Source: Candidatus Omnitrophota bacterium
GTDB taxonomy: Bacteria; Omnitrophota; Omnitrophia; Omnitrophales; Aquincolibacteriaceae
DNA length: 64,000 bases
Reading direction: 5' to 3'
NCBI GenBank assembly: GCA_022709525.1
Contig: JAKLIQ010000001.1
Coordinates: 78,709 to 142,708, forward strand
How positions within the stretch are numbered: the first letter of the stretch is position 1; every line of letters begins with the position of its first letter. Below are positions 48,136 through 60,600 of this stretch, piece after piece. Position numbers and translations under genes: made by a program. The notes below the pieces were generated by a model. That model was not told where the DNA came from and searched no databases. It saw only the letters and a program-made list of their open reading frames with translations.

Positions 48136-48200
48136 CGGGACTCGTATCTCGGGACTCGTCACTCGTGACGGTCTAAACGAGTCCCTGGTCCCGAGTCCCG
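48136..48200 (+). repeat. Copy F of the GGGACTCG...CGAGTCCC element (short form)
   Basis: gggactcgtatctcgggactcgtcactcgtgacggtctaaacgagtccctggtcccgagtcccg. It lies about 16 nt after the thioesterase stop. Confidence 0.65.
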
Positions 48201-48247
48201 AATTTGGTATACTGTGCATCCAGCAGGCCTTTAAAAAGAAGGATCCG

Positions 48248-49297
48248 ATGGTTAAAAAAATAAGAGTAACGGTCTTAGGCGACGGAGGATGGGGCACGGC
48301 GCTCGCGCTTGTTAACGTCCGCCGCGGCAATGACGTCATGCTTTGGTCCGCTTTTGAGGATTATGCAAAAATCCTGGATAAAGAACGCGAGAATGTCAAA
48401 TTCCTTCCCGGCGTCAAGCTGCCCCGGGAGCTGGCGATTACTTCCAATTTAAAAGAGGCCGTTGATTTCGGCGAGATCCTGGTGCTTGCGATCCCGTCCC
48501 AGTACCTCCGCAATATCCTTTTCAAACTCCGCGAACTTGATTATAAGGGCAAGATTCTGGTCAGCACCGCCAAGGGGATCGAGAAAAAGACCTGCCTCCG
48601 CTCTTCCGAGATCATCCGTTCGGTTCTTGGCAAGAACGCGCCCGTGGTCGCCTTATCGGGGCCGTCGCATGCCGAGGAAGTGGCCCGGAAGATCCCGACC
48701 CTGACGGTGGTCGCTTCCGATGACATGAAAAACGCTCAATATGTTCAGGAGCATTTCCGCGACCCGCAATTCAGGATCTATGTTCAAAAAGATATTATCG
48801 GGGCGGAGTTCGGCGGCGCGCTCAAGAACGTGATCGCGATCGCGGCCGGCGTTTGCGACGGGCTGAAATTCGGCGACAATACCAAGTCCGGGCTTATCAC
48901 GCGCGGGCTTTATGAAATGGTGCGCCTCGGCGTCAAACACGGCGCTAATCCGAACACCTTCTTTGGGCTCTCCGGGATCGGAGATCTCATCACCACCTGC
49001 TTTTCCAAACACGGCCGCAACCTTTATGTCGGCCGGGAGCTCGGCAAGGGCCGGAAGATCAAGGAGATCCTTGCGGGGATGGCGATGGTGGCGGAGGGCG
49101 TGGATACTTCCTTAAGCGTCCATCAGCTTTGCGAGCGCGAAGACCTCCATCTTCCTATCATGCACGAGGTTTACCGGATGCTTTTTGAGGATAAAGATCC
49201 CGAGGAAGTGGTCTCGACGCTTCTTTCGCGGACACCCTACGAAGAATGGAAGGCGTTTGACCTGAGTTCTTTTAAGGCGAGATCTACAAAGAAATAA
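48248..49297 (+). CDS. gpsA: NAD(P)H-dependent glycerol-3-phosphate dehydrogenase
   Basis: VLGDGGWGTALA dinucleotide-binding motif; conserved GpsA core. Confidence 0.9.
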   Translation: MVKKIRVTVLGDGGWGTALALVNVRRGNDVMLWSAFEDYAKILDKERENVKFLPGVKLPRELAITSNLKEAVDFGEILVLAIPSQYLRNILFKLRELDYKGKILVSTAKGIEKKTCLRSSEIIRSVLGKNAPVVALSGPSHAEEVARKIPTLTVVASDDMKNAQYVQEHFRDPQFRIYVQKDIIGAEFGGALKNVIAIAAGVCDGLKFGDNTKSGLITRGLYEMVRLGVKHGANPNTFFGLSGIGDLITTCFSKHGRNLYVGRELGKGRKIKEILAGMAMVAEGVDTSLSVHQLCEREDLHLPIMHEVYRMLFEDKDPEEVVSTLLSRTPYEEWKAFDLSSFKARSTKK

Positions 49298-49310
49298 AAC
49301 GTTCTTATTC

Positions 49311-49357
49311 AAATAAAAAAGGGACAGGCATGAAGTAATTGCCTGTCCCTTTTTTTG
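49311..49357. terminator. Bidirectional rho-independent terminator between convergent gpsA and the FadL-like gene
   Basis: aaaaaaaaa-gggacaggc-atgaagtaatt-gcctgtccc-ttttttt. Confidence 0.7.
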
Positions 49358-49377
49358 CCACCTGCTAGATGCTGTTT

Positions 49378-50793
49378 TTATGCCGCCGGTTTGATATCGA
49401 TCGAAGGCGCCGCCGGAGCATCCTCGGCTTTGGTGCCATAAGCCCGCGGGAAGATGTCGTCCCATTTCATCGTCAGCGTGAACGCGAATTGCTGCAGGTA
49501 GGAATGATACGTTCCGTCCACCGACGAATTAAGGAGCGCCGCGTTTTCCGCGATGTCATTATTGACGCGCCTTCTGAAATAGAATGCGTTCGAATACATA
49601 ACATCCGCGGTAAGGTATTTGTTGATGGCATAGCCAAGCCCAAGGCTGAAAGAAACGCGGTTTGAATCCGGCACGGACGGCGTGAAGTGAGTTTTCGGGA
49701 CGGGCGTCCAGTAATAATACGACCCGCCGCGGAGCGTTAATTTATCCGTAAGTTTGTGACTAACGCCCAACTGGATCCCGTACGCATTCTGCCAGTCTTT
49801 ATTGGCCATGCGAATGTTGTTTAGAATAATATCATCCGCGGCGTTTCCTGAAGGATCATTGACAAAATAAAGACGCTTGAACGTGGACCAGCGCGACCAT
49901 GTAAAATCGATCTCATAATGGGTTTTTTTGGTCGGCTGAAATGCGTAGGCCCATGTCATGTTCATAGGGAGCGGGAGCTTGGTGTGAACGCCGGTTTCGA
50001 AGTTTCGAAGACCAAGACCTCCTAAAGCAACGGGGATATTGGAATTCTCTACTTTAACTCGCCCCTTAAGATCCATCACCACGGGGCTACGGAAATAATA
50101 ACCAAAACGATGCTTTTCTTTTAATTTTATGAGAGCGCCTAATTGCCAACCCCAGTGGTTACCGGAGGTATTGATCCGGACCTGTCCGTCCGGCGAAGTC
50201 ACTCCAAAAAGCGAAGTATATAAGTTGTTAGGGTAGCCCTGGATCCCGCCGAAATCGTAGACCCGGTACCACATCGGGCCGCCGCCGACATTCAGCCAAT
50301 CCGTGACCTTGTAGGCAACGGTGGGCTTGATCGTGAACATCTTGAGGTAATTGCGCCAACCGGTGTAATGGGCGGCGGGGTCATTGGAATTATATTTATT
50401 CATCAACCCGAACGGGGAATCGGTGCCGACGCCGAGCGTCAACCGGTCGCAGAAGATCTTGCCGGGGTTGATCGTGAAATAAGCGGTCGGGACCATACTG
50501 AGCGTGCCCGAACTGCGGGTATCGCCGGTGACGCTATTGTCTTTCCAGGTGAACAGACTAATGAAACTGGAGTTGCCCTGGAATTGAATGCCCGGAAGGT
50601 CCGCGATGCCGGCCGGGTTATAAGAGATCGCCGCCGGCTCATCCGGCGTGGCGGTTCCCGCGCCGCTTAAAGCCAATTGTTTTGCGCTGAACGAGGCATT
50701 TTCAAGCCCGCCCCCGCCCACCGCGTAAGCTGCCATAGGGGAGATGAAAACAAGAGCGATCATGATCCCTGCCGAGAAAGCTTTTTTCATCAT
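49378..50793 (-). CDS. Outer membrane transport protein, OmpP1/FadL/TodX family
   Basis: Signal peptide and the N-terminal hatch-region motif ISYNPAGIADLPG. About 450 aa of beta-barrel-like sequence. Confidence 0.6.
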   Translation of the reverse strand: MMKKAFSAGIMIALVFISPMAAYAVGGGGLENASFSAKQLALSGAGTATPDEPAAISYNPAGIADLPGIQFQGNSSFISLFTWKDNSVTGDTRSSGTLSMVPTAYFTINPGKIFCDRLTLGVGTDSPFGLMNKYNSNDPAAHYTGWRNYLKMFTIKPTVAYKVTDWLNVGGGPMWYRVYDFGGIQGYPNNLYTSLFGVTSPDGQVRINTSGNHWGWQLGALIKLKEKHRFGYYFRSPVVMDLKGRVKVENSNIPVALGGLGLRNFETGVHTKLPLPMNMTWAYAFQPTKKTHYEIDFTWSRWSTFKRLYFVNDPSGNAADDIILNNIRMANKDWQNAYGIQLGVSHKLTDKLTLRGGSYYYWTPVPKTHFTPSVPDSNRVSFSLGLGYAINKYLTADVMYSNAFYFRRRVNNDIAENAALLNSSVDGTYHSYLQQFAFTLTMKWDDIFPRAYGTKAEDAPAAPSIDIKPAA

Positions 50794-51051
50794 GAGTTTA
50801 AACTCCTCATTGGTTTTCTATCTAATTTTCTATCTAAATGGATGACACCCGCTGCGCTTCCGGAAAAATACCGAAATACTTCTGCTAGGTTATCGAACCG
50901 GAAGGGGGTTTTCTTCAGCTGTTTTTAATTGAGTTTCTCTCATTGGGTATAAAAATGATTATTAATGCTATAAATCACTATTAAAAATACTAGTTTGACT
51001 TGTAAATATTTAAATAGAATGTTAGAGTTCAAACAGAACAGGAGGCATATC

Positions 51052-51243
51052 GTGTCTTCGGATGAGTTGGATTGTAGATTGGCCCAGATCAAGGATAAAA
51101 AGCTCGCAAGCGAGACGCGGCGCTTCCTCTTGAATCTTTTTCTCCTCTTCGACGGAGACCCCCCGCCGCCCATCCAGCGCTATATCGTCGAGATCCTGGA
51201 ATTGCTCGAGGCCAAAGGAGTTCCCGCCAGGGTCCGTATTTAG
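51052..51243 (+). CDS. Small hypothetical protein (63 aa) in a low-GC region
   Basis: AGGAGG lies 6 nt before GTG 51052. It contains a PPPP segment. Support is weak. Confidence 0.25.
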   Translation: MSSDELDCRLAQIKDKKLASETRRFLLNLFLLFDGDPPPPIQRYIVEILELLEAKGVPARVRI

Positions 51244-51423
51244 CATTCTCTGAATGGCTGCCAAGGCGGCCCTCCGCTCACTCGGAAAGTCTATTATTAG
51301 TAGATTTAATACTTCTATAAATATCCTCCCGGCGATTTTTTCCTTCTTTCCCGTTCCTTTCTTGCCGAGGCGGGACTATGTTTATACCGACAGGAACAGA
51401 AAAAAGTTTTGAAGGAGGCGGTT

Positions 51424-51672
51424 ATGGAAAACGCCGCAGAAAAAGAAAAAGCTTTACCGGTCGATCAAGTTCCCGACAACGTATGGTTCCAGATCACATT
51501 CACGCTCGACCCTAAGAGTTATCGGCGTCTTTGGGCCTATGCCGAAAGCGTCAATTCAGGGGTTTCGAGTGTTGTCCGTGAAAAGATCTTGGAATTTCTA
51601 AAAGAGTTGAAACCCTTGCCGTCGGTCCGAAGATTTCATTTCGGATTAAATGATGAGGAAAGCCGCTCGTGA
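51424..51672 (+). CDS. Small ribbon-helix-helix (CopG/Arc-like) DNA-binding protein candidate, translationally coupled to the giant gene
   Basis: GGAGG lies 5 nt before ATG 51424. The predicted beta-strand VWFQITFTLD is followed by two helices, which is the RHH pattern. Its TGA stop overlaps the GTG start of the next gene (gtga). Confidence 0.4.
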   Translation: MENAAEKEKALPVDQVPDNVWFQITFTLDPKSYRRLWAYAESVNSGVSSVVREKILEFLKELKPLPSVRRFHFGLNDEESRS

Positions 51673-54600
51673 AAAGCGCTTTTTCGTATCCGGTCAGAAT
51701 CGTTGCGATCCTGACCGCTATTCTTTTTGCCTGGAATCAGATCGTTTGGGCGGATGGCATCCAGTCGGTGCAGCCGTATGATCCTGAAACTTCGCAACCG
51801 ACAACCTCGGCGATCTCTCAGGATCCTCCCGTCGCGCCGGAAACTCTTTCCCTTCCGGAAACCACTCAAGATTTTCTCACCAGCGATTTTCCGCTAAGCC
51901 CCGCGACCCCCGAATCTCCGGACGGACAAGGCGGCGGGGAACCCTTACAGACGGAGACTACGGCGGACGGGCACACCCTCTTTCATGTCTATGAAAATGA
52001 ATCGATCCAGGAGGCCATCAACGGAGCATCCGTAGGAGATACCGTATTTCTTCACGCGGGCATTTACAATCAATCCGTCACCTTAAGACAAGGAGTAAAT
52101 CTTAAAGGAGAAGATAGCGCCACCGTCATTCTTGACGGGCAGGGAATGTTCAGGGATGTGATCCTGGCGCAGGGGGATAATCTGATCGAAGGCATTACGG
52201 TCAAGGGTGGAGCGCCTTATGCCGGGCCAAAATCCGCGATCAGAATTGAAGGCAACAATGTTATTCTCCGGAACAGCCGGGTGGTCGATAACGCGGATTA
52301 CGGGGTCTACCTGCGCTCCGGAAATAATATCCTTATCGAAAGGGTGTTCTTTCAGAACAACCATCTTGCCATCCAGCATCCAAGCGCTGCGGCAACGAAT
52401 GTTGTGATCCGCTATAACACCATGGTGAATAACAGCATCGGGATCAATATTTTAAGCGGTGTTACTCCCAGGATCGAAAACAATATCATCACCGGAAGCA
52501 GTTTTTGCGCGATCTACGAATTCAACTGGAACGCTTACGCGACCGGCCAGTTAAGCCGCGGGTTTGCCGTTCTTGAGAACAACGTCTTTTCCGGCAACGC
52601 GTGGCGGCCGACCGCCTACGGAAGCTCGACGCCCCCGGTCGTTGAAAATTCAGCCGCCGGCAATATCACGGCGGACCCTCAATTCAATAGCGACTATTCC
52701 ATCCCCGAAACTTCGCCTGCTTACGGTAAAGGGGCGTTCTTGCCAGCAGCTTTTTTGTGGGCTGTTAACAGGGCAGATCAGTTTAATGTTTCTTACAGCA
52801 TCCAAACGATTTTCGAAAACGGCACCGCAAAAGGTTTTCGGATTCTTTACACCGAAGGATCTCATGAAGAATTCTATAACAACGGAGCCATGGTGCTTGA
52901 TATAACTCCGCCTCAAATCAGTTTTTCTTCGACAAGCATTTTTACCAATCAAGTCGATTATGAGTTCGTCTATATCGTGGACAACATTGAGAAAAAAGAA
53001 TTCTACCATCTCAATCCCGGTCAAAATCCGATTACCTTGGAAGCTGTAGATATTTTTGGGAACAAAGCGAGCCAAACCGTCATAGTAATGCTCGATCAAG
53101 TTGCCCCCACAGGGACACTCACTATCAATGATGGCGACCAAGAAACAAATTCCAGATTCGTCGTTCTTTCTTTTGATATTCAAGATGATTCGCCTTTGAA
53201 AGATGTTCGTTTTTCGTTGGATGGAGGAAACAGCTGGATGGATTGGGAAGAATTTGCAGCGTCAAAAGTAATAACATTCTCTGAAGATGAAGGGGAGAAA
53301 GAAATCCTTTGTCAATTGCGTGATGCGGCGGGGAATAGCGCTTCGTTTTCCGATGTGATCCGTTTTACGATGTCACCCTCCAAGCCGGCTATCCAGTTTC
53401 TTTCACCTTCAACAGCGACTAACCCTCTCTATTTGCTTCGCTATACCGTCAATGGAGTTGAGCGCCAGGAAACCTGGCAGCTTCAGCCGGGCGAAAACCA
53501 TTTGATGGTTTGTTCATCTTTTGGAACCTTGCCGGCATTTGGCGATCATGTTGTTGTTTTGGACCAAGAAGAAACTCCTTTGCCTGAAATGCCAGTATTT
53601 TCAGGATTGCCTTCGGCGCTTACTTCCGTCACCGCTTCGAATGGCCTTATTTTCAAATATGATCCCAGCACGTTGGTTGCGATTGAAAAGACCGGCGAAT
53701 ACACACTCTTCAATTTAATATTTGATGCACAGAATAACCTTACGGGAGGTGTGCTTCTTTTTGAAAATGGGGACCAGTTACTTTTCCAAAATAATAAACC
53801 AATTTATCGTTTAGCGCAGAGTGGTGAAAGAACGGTTTATAACGAAGACGGGTCTGTGGCCTATGTTTTGACCGTAGATAATAAAAAAATACGATTCGCC
53901 TATCATGTCGACATTTCCGGCAAGGTCATTGGCATAGCCAGCTTCGAAGAAACCGCTACAAGTCTTTACGATGAAAAAGGCCGACCGGTTTGGATTAAAA
54001 AAAGCGGCGGGATTTCCATTCTCTTTCAAGACGGATTTTTAAACACTTATACCGATGCTGCCGGCAATGTTTTTCATTATGAAGTTTCTATTCTTCGCGA
54101 AGGGAACGATCTGATCGGGTATCGTTCAGAACTTGTTTCGGTCGCTTTATCGGGGACATCGGTTGAGATGCCCATCGCGACCGTTCTTAACGATCTCGAA
54201 TCTTATCCTTCGATCAAGCCAACTATCGAAGAAGAAATTTCCAAAACCATCGAATATGACGCTGCCGGGAATATGAAAACTGTTATTTCCGGAAAAGGAG
54301 AAATTCTCCGGCTTGCCGCCCAATTGCCTGAAGCATTGACCAACAACGCGGGAGAAATTTTCCAATTTCAAAGCTCTATTTTGCAAGATAACGAATGGTT
54401 TTCGATGGCTTCGGACCAGGGAAGCTTGGAGCAGATTTTTGATGCCCAGGGTCAATTGGCTGGTATTCGTTTGAGCGATGGAACAGTTTTTGATATTTCA
54501 GCGCTCAGTTTGAACGAAATCAGATTGGAGGACGGCAGTATTTTAAGCCAGCTTGTTTGGAATGGGCAGAACTTAACGGGTTTCAGGCGCCAAAATACCG

Positions 54601-57600
54601 ATGGCTCCGCAGACATTTATCAAAATTCTTATCTCATGGAACATGTTGATCCTGAAGGGAATCGTACTCTCTATATTCTTTACAAAGAGCCCGGCAAGCC
54701 TACCCAACACAAACCTTCCGAAATCCATATGGCGGATGGAAGAACCTACAAGGTTATTGAATTTAAAAATGCAAGCGGCGCCTTAGAACGGATCAATGAA
54801 TTAACTTCGATAACGCTTCCTGACGGAGGAAAGGTTGAATTTGAGAACGGCGTTCCAGTCCGATATATCCAATATCAAGAAGTCCGTCTCGATGCTGAAA
54901 CATTGCCGGAACTTCCGAACGGTCAATCCTATATCCCGTCTTTGACTTTTCCCGAATTGGAACTTCGCGGTATCACGATCGACGCGACAGGCAATATTCT
55001 TTCCGGAGAGATTTTATACCGGGACGGTACCCAGCATTTAATAAAAAATGGAGTGCTTTATAAACAGATCACGCCTGGCGGCCAGATCGTGGAATTCAAT
55101 GAAAATTTTGAAAATACGTGGGATCCTCCGCAAGCTACTTTGCCCCAACCTCTTACTCAGGAAGAATTGGCTTACCGTAATGCTCTTATTGAAGCACAAC
55201 TTGATTACTTCAAAGAAGGCGTCGGCCTTCATCAGCTAACGGGGCTTCCGCTGGACAATTATCAAACCGGCGCCGCAGAACCCGCGGATTACAGCCAGGC
55301 AACTCTCGTCGGATTTTGGGCCGAGATCCTGGTTGCTATTGCAACGGGAGATTATGTCACTTCCAAAATGACGCAAGAAGAGGCCCTCTCAAAGCTTGAA
55401 AATCTTCTAGCGGCTTATCGTCAGGCGCAATTGGAAGCCGGTTGGAACGGAATGCTGGCCTTTTTTACGATCGTTGAAAGCCAGGAAGAAATTCTAGACA
55501 GCCAGGGGTTGCCTACGGGCGAAATGCGAACAGTTATTCATTATGAGAATAGATTTAATCAGTATGGCTTCGGGGACACGCTGAATCTTTCCGTAAGCCT
55601 GGCCTCTGTGATAGGAGCGCTTGAAGGGCGTTCCTTGGGCGCCTCGCTGGATATTTTTAAAAATAATATATTGGAGACAGCAAACAATATTTTAACGGAT
55701 CAAGAAGCCGGGTATGCCGCGTTCTACGATCCATCTAAAAAAAGATTCCATGGGTCTTACGCGAAGGACCCCGCTACCGGGACGTGGAAATTCGTCAAAG
55801 ATTTTTATATCGACCGTGTTTTCAGCGAATTCCGGACAGGGCTTATCTGGCTGGCCGCGAAGTACCCTCAATATCAAGAAGCCGTTAACGCGATTGATGT
55901 GGCTTTTCGTTCTTATCAGAGCGAAAGCGGCGAGGTTGTCGATAATGTTGCGCCGTGGGACGGCGGAGCTTTTCAGATGTTCTGGCCGCAAATCCATGTT
56001 GATGAGACCCAGTATCCCGAGTTCGCCGTAGCTCTCCGAAATTTTCTTTATACCCAAGCCGAATTTGTGAATCAAAACGATATCGCAGGATTACTTTCGG
56101 CTGGCGCGGATCCCGGGCAAGGATATGAAGGAAAGATCGGGGTCCCTTATGCCGCGGAGACCGATGATCCGCTTCATACCGATATCGGTTCGCTTTACGG
56201 TCTTGCTTCGGCATTCTCCGTGGCGCCGCATTACGTTCTGCAATTTTTTAAAAATATCGAAGCCGCTATTCCCGGCGTTCTTACCGGAGCGGGTTTTGCC
56301 GATTCCGTGAAATTTCTTACCGAAACCTCGACGGATCCTGTGAGCGGGGAAGAGCTCATCACGCGAACGCCGGTGCTGGCAACCGAATATTTTGGCGTCG
56401 ATCAAGCTTCCTTTGTGCTTTCGTTGCTTCAAACAAGCCGGAGTTATTTTTCAAATTACCTGAATCAAACCAACACCAAAAATTCTTTCGATAACCTTTA
56501 TCGGTCCTTTCAATTCAATTTAACACCGGTGGAAAAAAACTTGCCGCCGCCTCCCGATTTCGGGTTGACACAGGAAAATCTTTATACCGGAAGCGAGACG
56601 AATCCTGACGGCAATGGATATCCTTTGGTGAAAGAAGATGCCTTTATTTCTTCCCTTTTTGATCCGGAGTACGGGGAAGGACATATCTATAATTATCGAA
56701 CGCCCAGCGGTGCTTTCCATCATACCGGGATAGAATTCCTTTCTTCTGCCGGTGAAACGGTCTCCATGGGACTTCAAGAATTTCTTTTGCTTCCGGGTCG
56801 CCGGGATGCCGCCCGCTCTCTCTTTGAATCGCTTAACTTTGATCTTTTTGATCAGGCGAAAGCTCAGGGGGCTTTTTATACTCCCGGCTACGGTTTTGCC
56901 AACGGCGCTTTGGCCTATGTTCCTCCCATGGGAGAAGTTCAAACCGTTCAATTTGATTTTCGTGATGTCACCAGACCGGTAGGTTTGTGGGCCCAATTCC
57001 AGGGGATCGATCTCAACAATTTTGACTTTATCTCAGTTCCTATCAAGCTTGATTTAAATACCGATGTGGCCATGCGGCTCAAATTTGAATTGAAAGGAAT
57101 GGGCGAGGTTTTTATAACGCCGGAACTTACTCATGAATGGCAATATATTCAAGTGCCCATCAAAAAACCCTCCTCATTACTTACCGAGATCGCAGTGGTG
57201 GCTCAATCCATGGATGGCAGTCCCATCAAAGGGGAATTTCTTTTGGGGCCGCTTTCTACTTTTAAGATCCGGACAAACAATACCATTGACTGGCAATCAC
57301 TGATCGGAAAAACAAACGCTCAGCTTCAAAATCTTTTAAAAAGCGCCGCGTTAGAACAACCTAGTAGCGGCGGCATTGTCACCAAGGAAGAGATCCTCGA
57401 AGATTTCGTGATCGATTCCCAGGGGAAGCTTGTGAGCGGGATCTTGAGAAAAGCTAATGGCGAAATTCAGTATTATCAAAGCGGGCAACTGATGAAATGG
57501 GTTTTCCCGAGCGGAAGAACAGTGCTTTTTGAAAACGGGCTTGCGACCTTTGTTGTCGATCTGGCTCGCGGCCAGTTGGAAGAATCGCGATTCTATTATG

Positions 57601-60600
57601 ATCAAGACCTTCGCGGCCAGCTTCATTCGTTTGTGATTCAGGAGAATGACCGGAAAAGGGTTTTTAACGCTCAGGGAGAACTTGAGCTGCTTGTCGAAGA
57701 AGGATTTCTCGCACATTTTGAACAAGGCGAAATTTTATCCATTGAAACCCCCACGGCCACTTTAACCAACATTGTTCTTGCTGACGATCTCAGGATCTTA
57801 ACGGCACACGTCAAAATGAAAAATGGGTCGGAATTCGATATCGATCAAACGCAGGAACAGGCGGTCAGCTTTAGTGATGGCGTTAAACTTTTTTATTCAA
57901 ACCGGGAAGTCACGGCGATCGAAACACCGTCAAACGGCAGGACCGAACTTCAGTATGATTACGACGCGTTAGGCCGGTTAATGGGCGTCAATGTCTCGTT
58001 TCAAGAGGTTGGAAGCAGCGCTGTTGTCGAAATGAGCTTAAGTGATTTTTTGAATTTACCAAGCCGGGAGGTAGAAAAAACGTATTTACTGAAAGAAGGC
58101 GCTCTGGATCTGGACTCCGTTTCCTCCATTTTAGGATATAGCGTGGGGGGAACGGTCAATCATCTCTGGTTGGACGCGCGTAAAGAAGGCGGCAGTTTTT
58201 ACAATGGTTGGGCGTGCACAGAGCCGGCTTGTTGGAATTTCGGATACAACGCGAATACGCCTACGATCGGCATGGCGTTCAATTATGCCGCGCCTGTGAA
58301 TCTTTCCGACTATGATTTTCTTTCCGTAACGATCCGTTTGGATCCCGGCGTGACATGGCCGCAGGATTTCGTTCTTTCCGTCAAAGATGGTTACTGGGCA
58401 AGGTTTTCTTACGCCATTCAGGGGCTGACCGAGGAATATCAAACTTTTACTATTCCTTTGGCCGGGAAGACATGGGCCATGAACCAGCTGACATTGGAGA
58501 TCCAAGGCGGGGATCACGATCCCCTGGCTTATGGATCGATGGGCAAAGTATTTCTGGAAGATGTTTCCTTTTTTTCCATTCATGACGGGGAAAACCCCAT
58601 TTGGGAAGCCCAGGCGGGGATCACCGATGCTCAGATCCAAAACCTGAAGATCGAATCGGATAATTTGAATAGCGTCGGTGCTCACATAGCTTCTCAAACC
58701 CCTCTTCAATATGAAGCCCTTCGCGCATTTCTGGACCTTCCGACTTATATGATCTACCAGCAAGAAACGTCGGGGAGCGATTTCCAGCTCGAGCATTTCA
58801 GGCGTTTTGACGGAAGCCAGATCGATCTGGAAGGCCAAAACGTTAGCCGCGTCATTTTGCCCGATGGCACGATCAACGAATATTCAGCTACTGGGAATAC
58901 GGCGGAGGGAACCATTCTAGATCCCGGAAATGGTGTGAGTGATATCGGGAATATAAACTACAGCTATGGAGCTCTCCGGCGGATCACGCAAGCGGACGGG
59001 CGGCAATATGAGCTTTCTTATGAATTTGATCCAGGCGGTGCGGAAATAACGGTATTCCGCGACATACTTACGGGAGAAGTGAGGCGATTCAAAGGCGGAA
59101 AACTTATTTCTGCAACCGATCCCAATCAGATCCAGACTCATTATCTTTATGAAAATGGCGAATTGATCGGGGCGGAACTGACCTATCACAATCGCGTTCT
59201 CAATAGCACGCAATATTTCTTCAACGGGGAAGAAACTCAGGTCACGGATGAGCGGGGGACCACATGGTTCTATGATAAAGACGGTAAATTGCTCAAACAT
59301 ATGACGCGGGACGGTTTTCTCTATGAGTATTCGGAATTCACGCAGCCTCTTTCGGAAGGGCAGACAGTCGATCCAGATGATTATAAGAATGCCGTTTACG
59401 CAGGGAACGGTCTTACAGCCGTTACTCTTAAAGGTTATCAAGCTCCGAATGGTTCTTGGATCTTATGGGATGAGGAACACGGTTCCGAGATCCACTTGGC
59501 ATCAGGGGCGCAAGGAGTGAATCTTGTCTTTGACGGAGAGCAGAAAATTCAGAGCGGGCAGATCCAATTTCCGGACGGCATGCTTCTTGAGATCGAAAAT
59601 TATATCCCTGTTCGAGGCCGTCTTGCGAGCGGGGAAACTTTTGAATATACACTTCCACAAGCTACGGACCACGAAATACTTCAAGGTCCGGATGGCAGCT
59701 ATCTTGGATTTTGTTTCAAGATCGGCACGACTCGTTTTACTTACAGCCCGCTCGGAGAATTGGTTAAGACAGAGTCTGAGGACGGCGTCACTCATCTTTT
59801 CACCTATACGCGCAATCGTTGGGGAGACATCATAAATTACACAAATCTTGAACGCCGCCAGATCGCTTTCAACGGAGTCCCTTTTCCCAAAGAAGTAAAG
59901 CTCATTGCCGGAACGGATCAAAAACTCATGGATTCCGGAAATGAAATAGCGGTTCATAACGGGAATGGATTCATTGTTGGAATATACAAAGAAAGCGCGA
60001 ACCAGTGGGATGTTTATTCCGGAAGTTTTGCGTCTGAAGCGGACCGGATCGGTCTCAGACATTTTCTTTCAGAGATCAAGACCGGCGATTTCGTGGCCAT
60101 GACGGTTTCAGATTCCGCTTTTTCGCAAGTCGATGAAGAGATCTTTTCGCTTTTGGAAGGGATGGGGGCCGGAGCGGTTCGTCAGGCGGCCGCCAGTAAC
60201 AGTTCATGGAGTTTTTTTGGAAATGAAAATCTGAATTTAGGGGAGGGACGTGAAGCCGTTGGCGTAAATTCCTTCTCGACCCTGACAGAAACAAGTAGAT
60301 TTGAAAGCTTGATCAGGAATCAAAATCTTTTTTTTCAAAATGCCCCGATGTCTTTAAACATAGCCCCGGAGATTTCGGCGGGCTTTTCTCAGTTTTTGAA
60401 AGATTATCTTCCCCTAAAAGCGGCCCGAGACCTTCAGGCGGTAACCGTTTACAACAAACAGGATGAGATTGTGTTCTCAAGGCGGCTTGATGGGATCAAT
60501 TCCTATTATGAATTCGGGAAAGTAAGGGAAACATTCGACGGGAATGGCGAGCTTTTAAGCGTTCATGAATACGTTTGCCCCGAAACCGGCTGCCATAGCG

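Noticed and set aside
50995-51020. sigma70-like promoter TTGACT...TAGAAT upstream of the small ORF
   Set aside because: The spacer is only 14 nt. The region is generally AT-rich, so hexamer matches are expected by chance.
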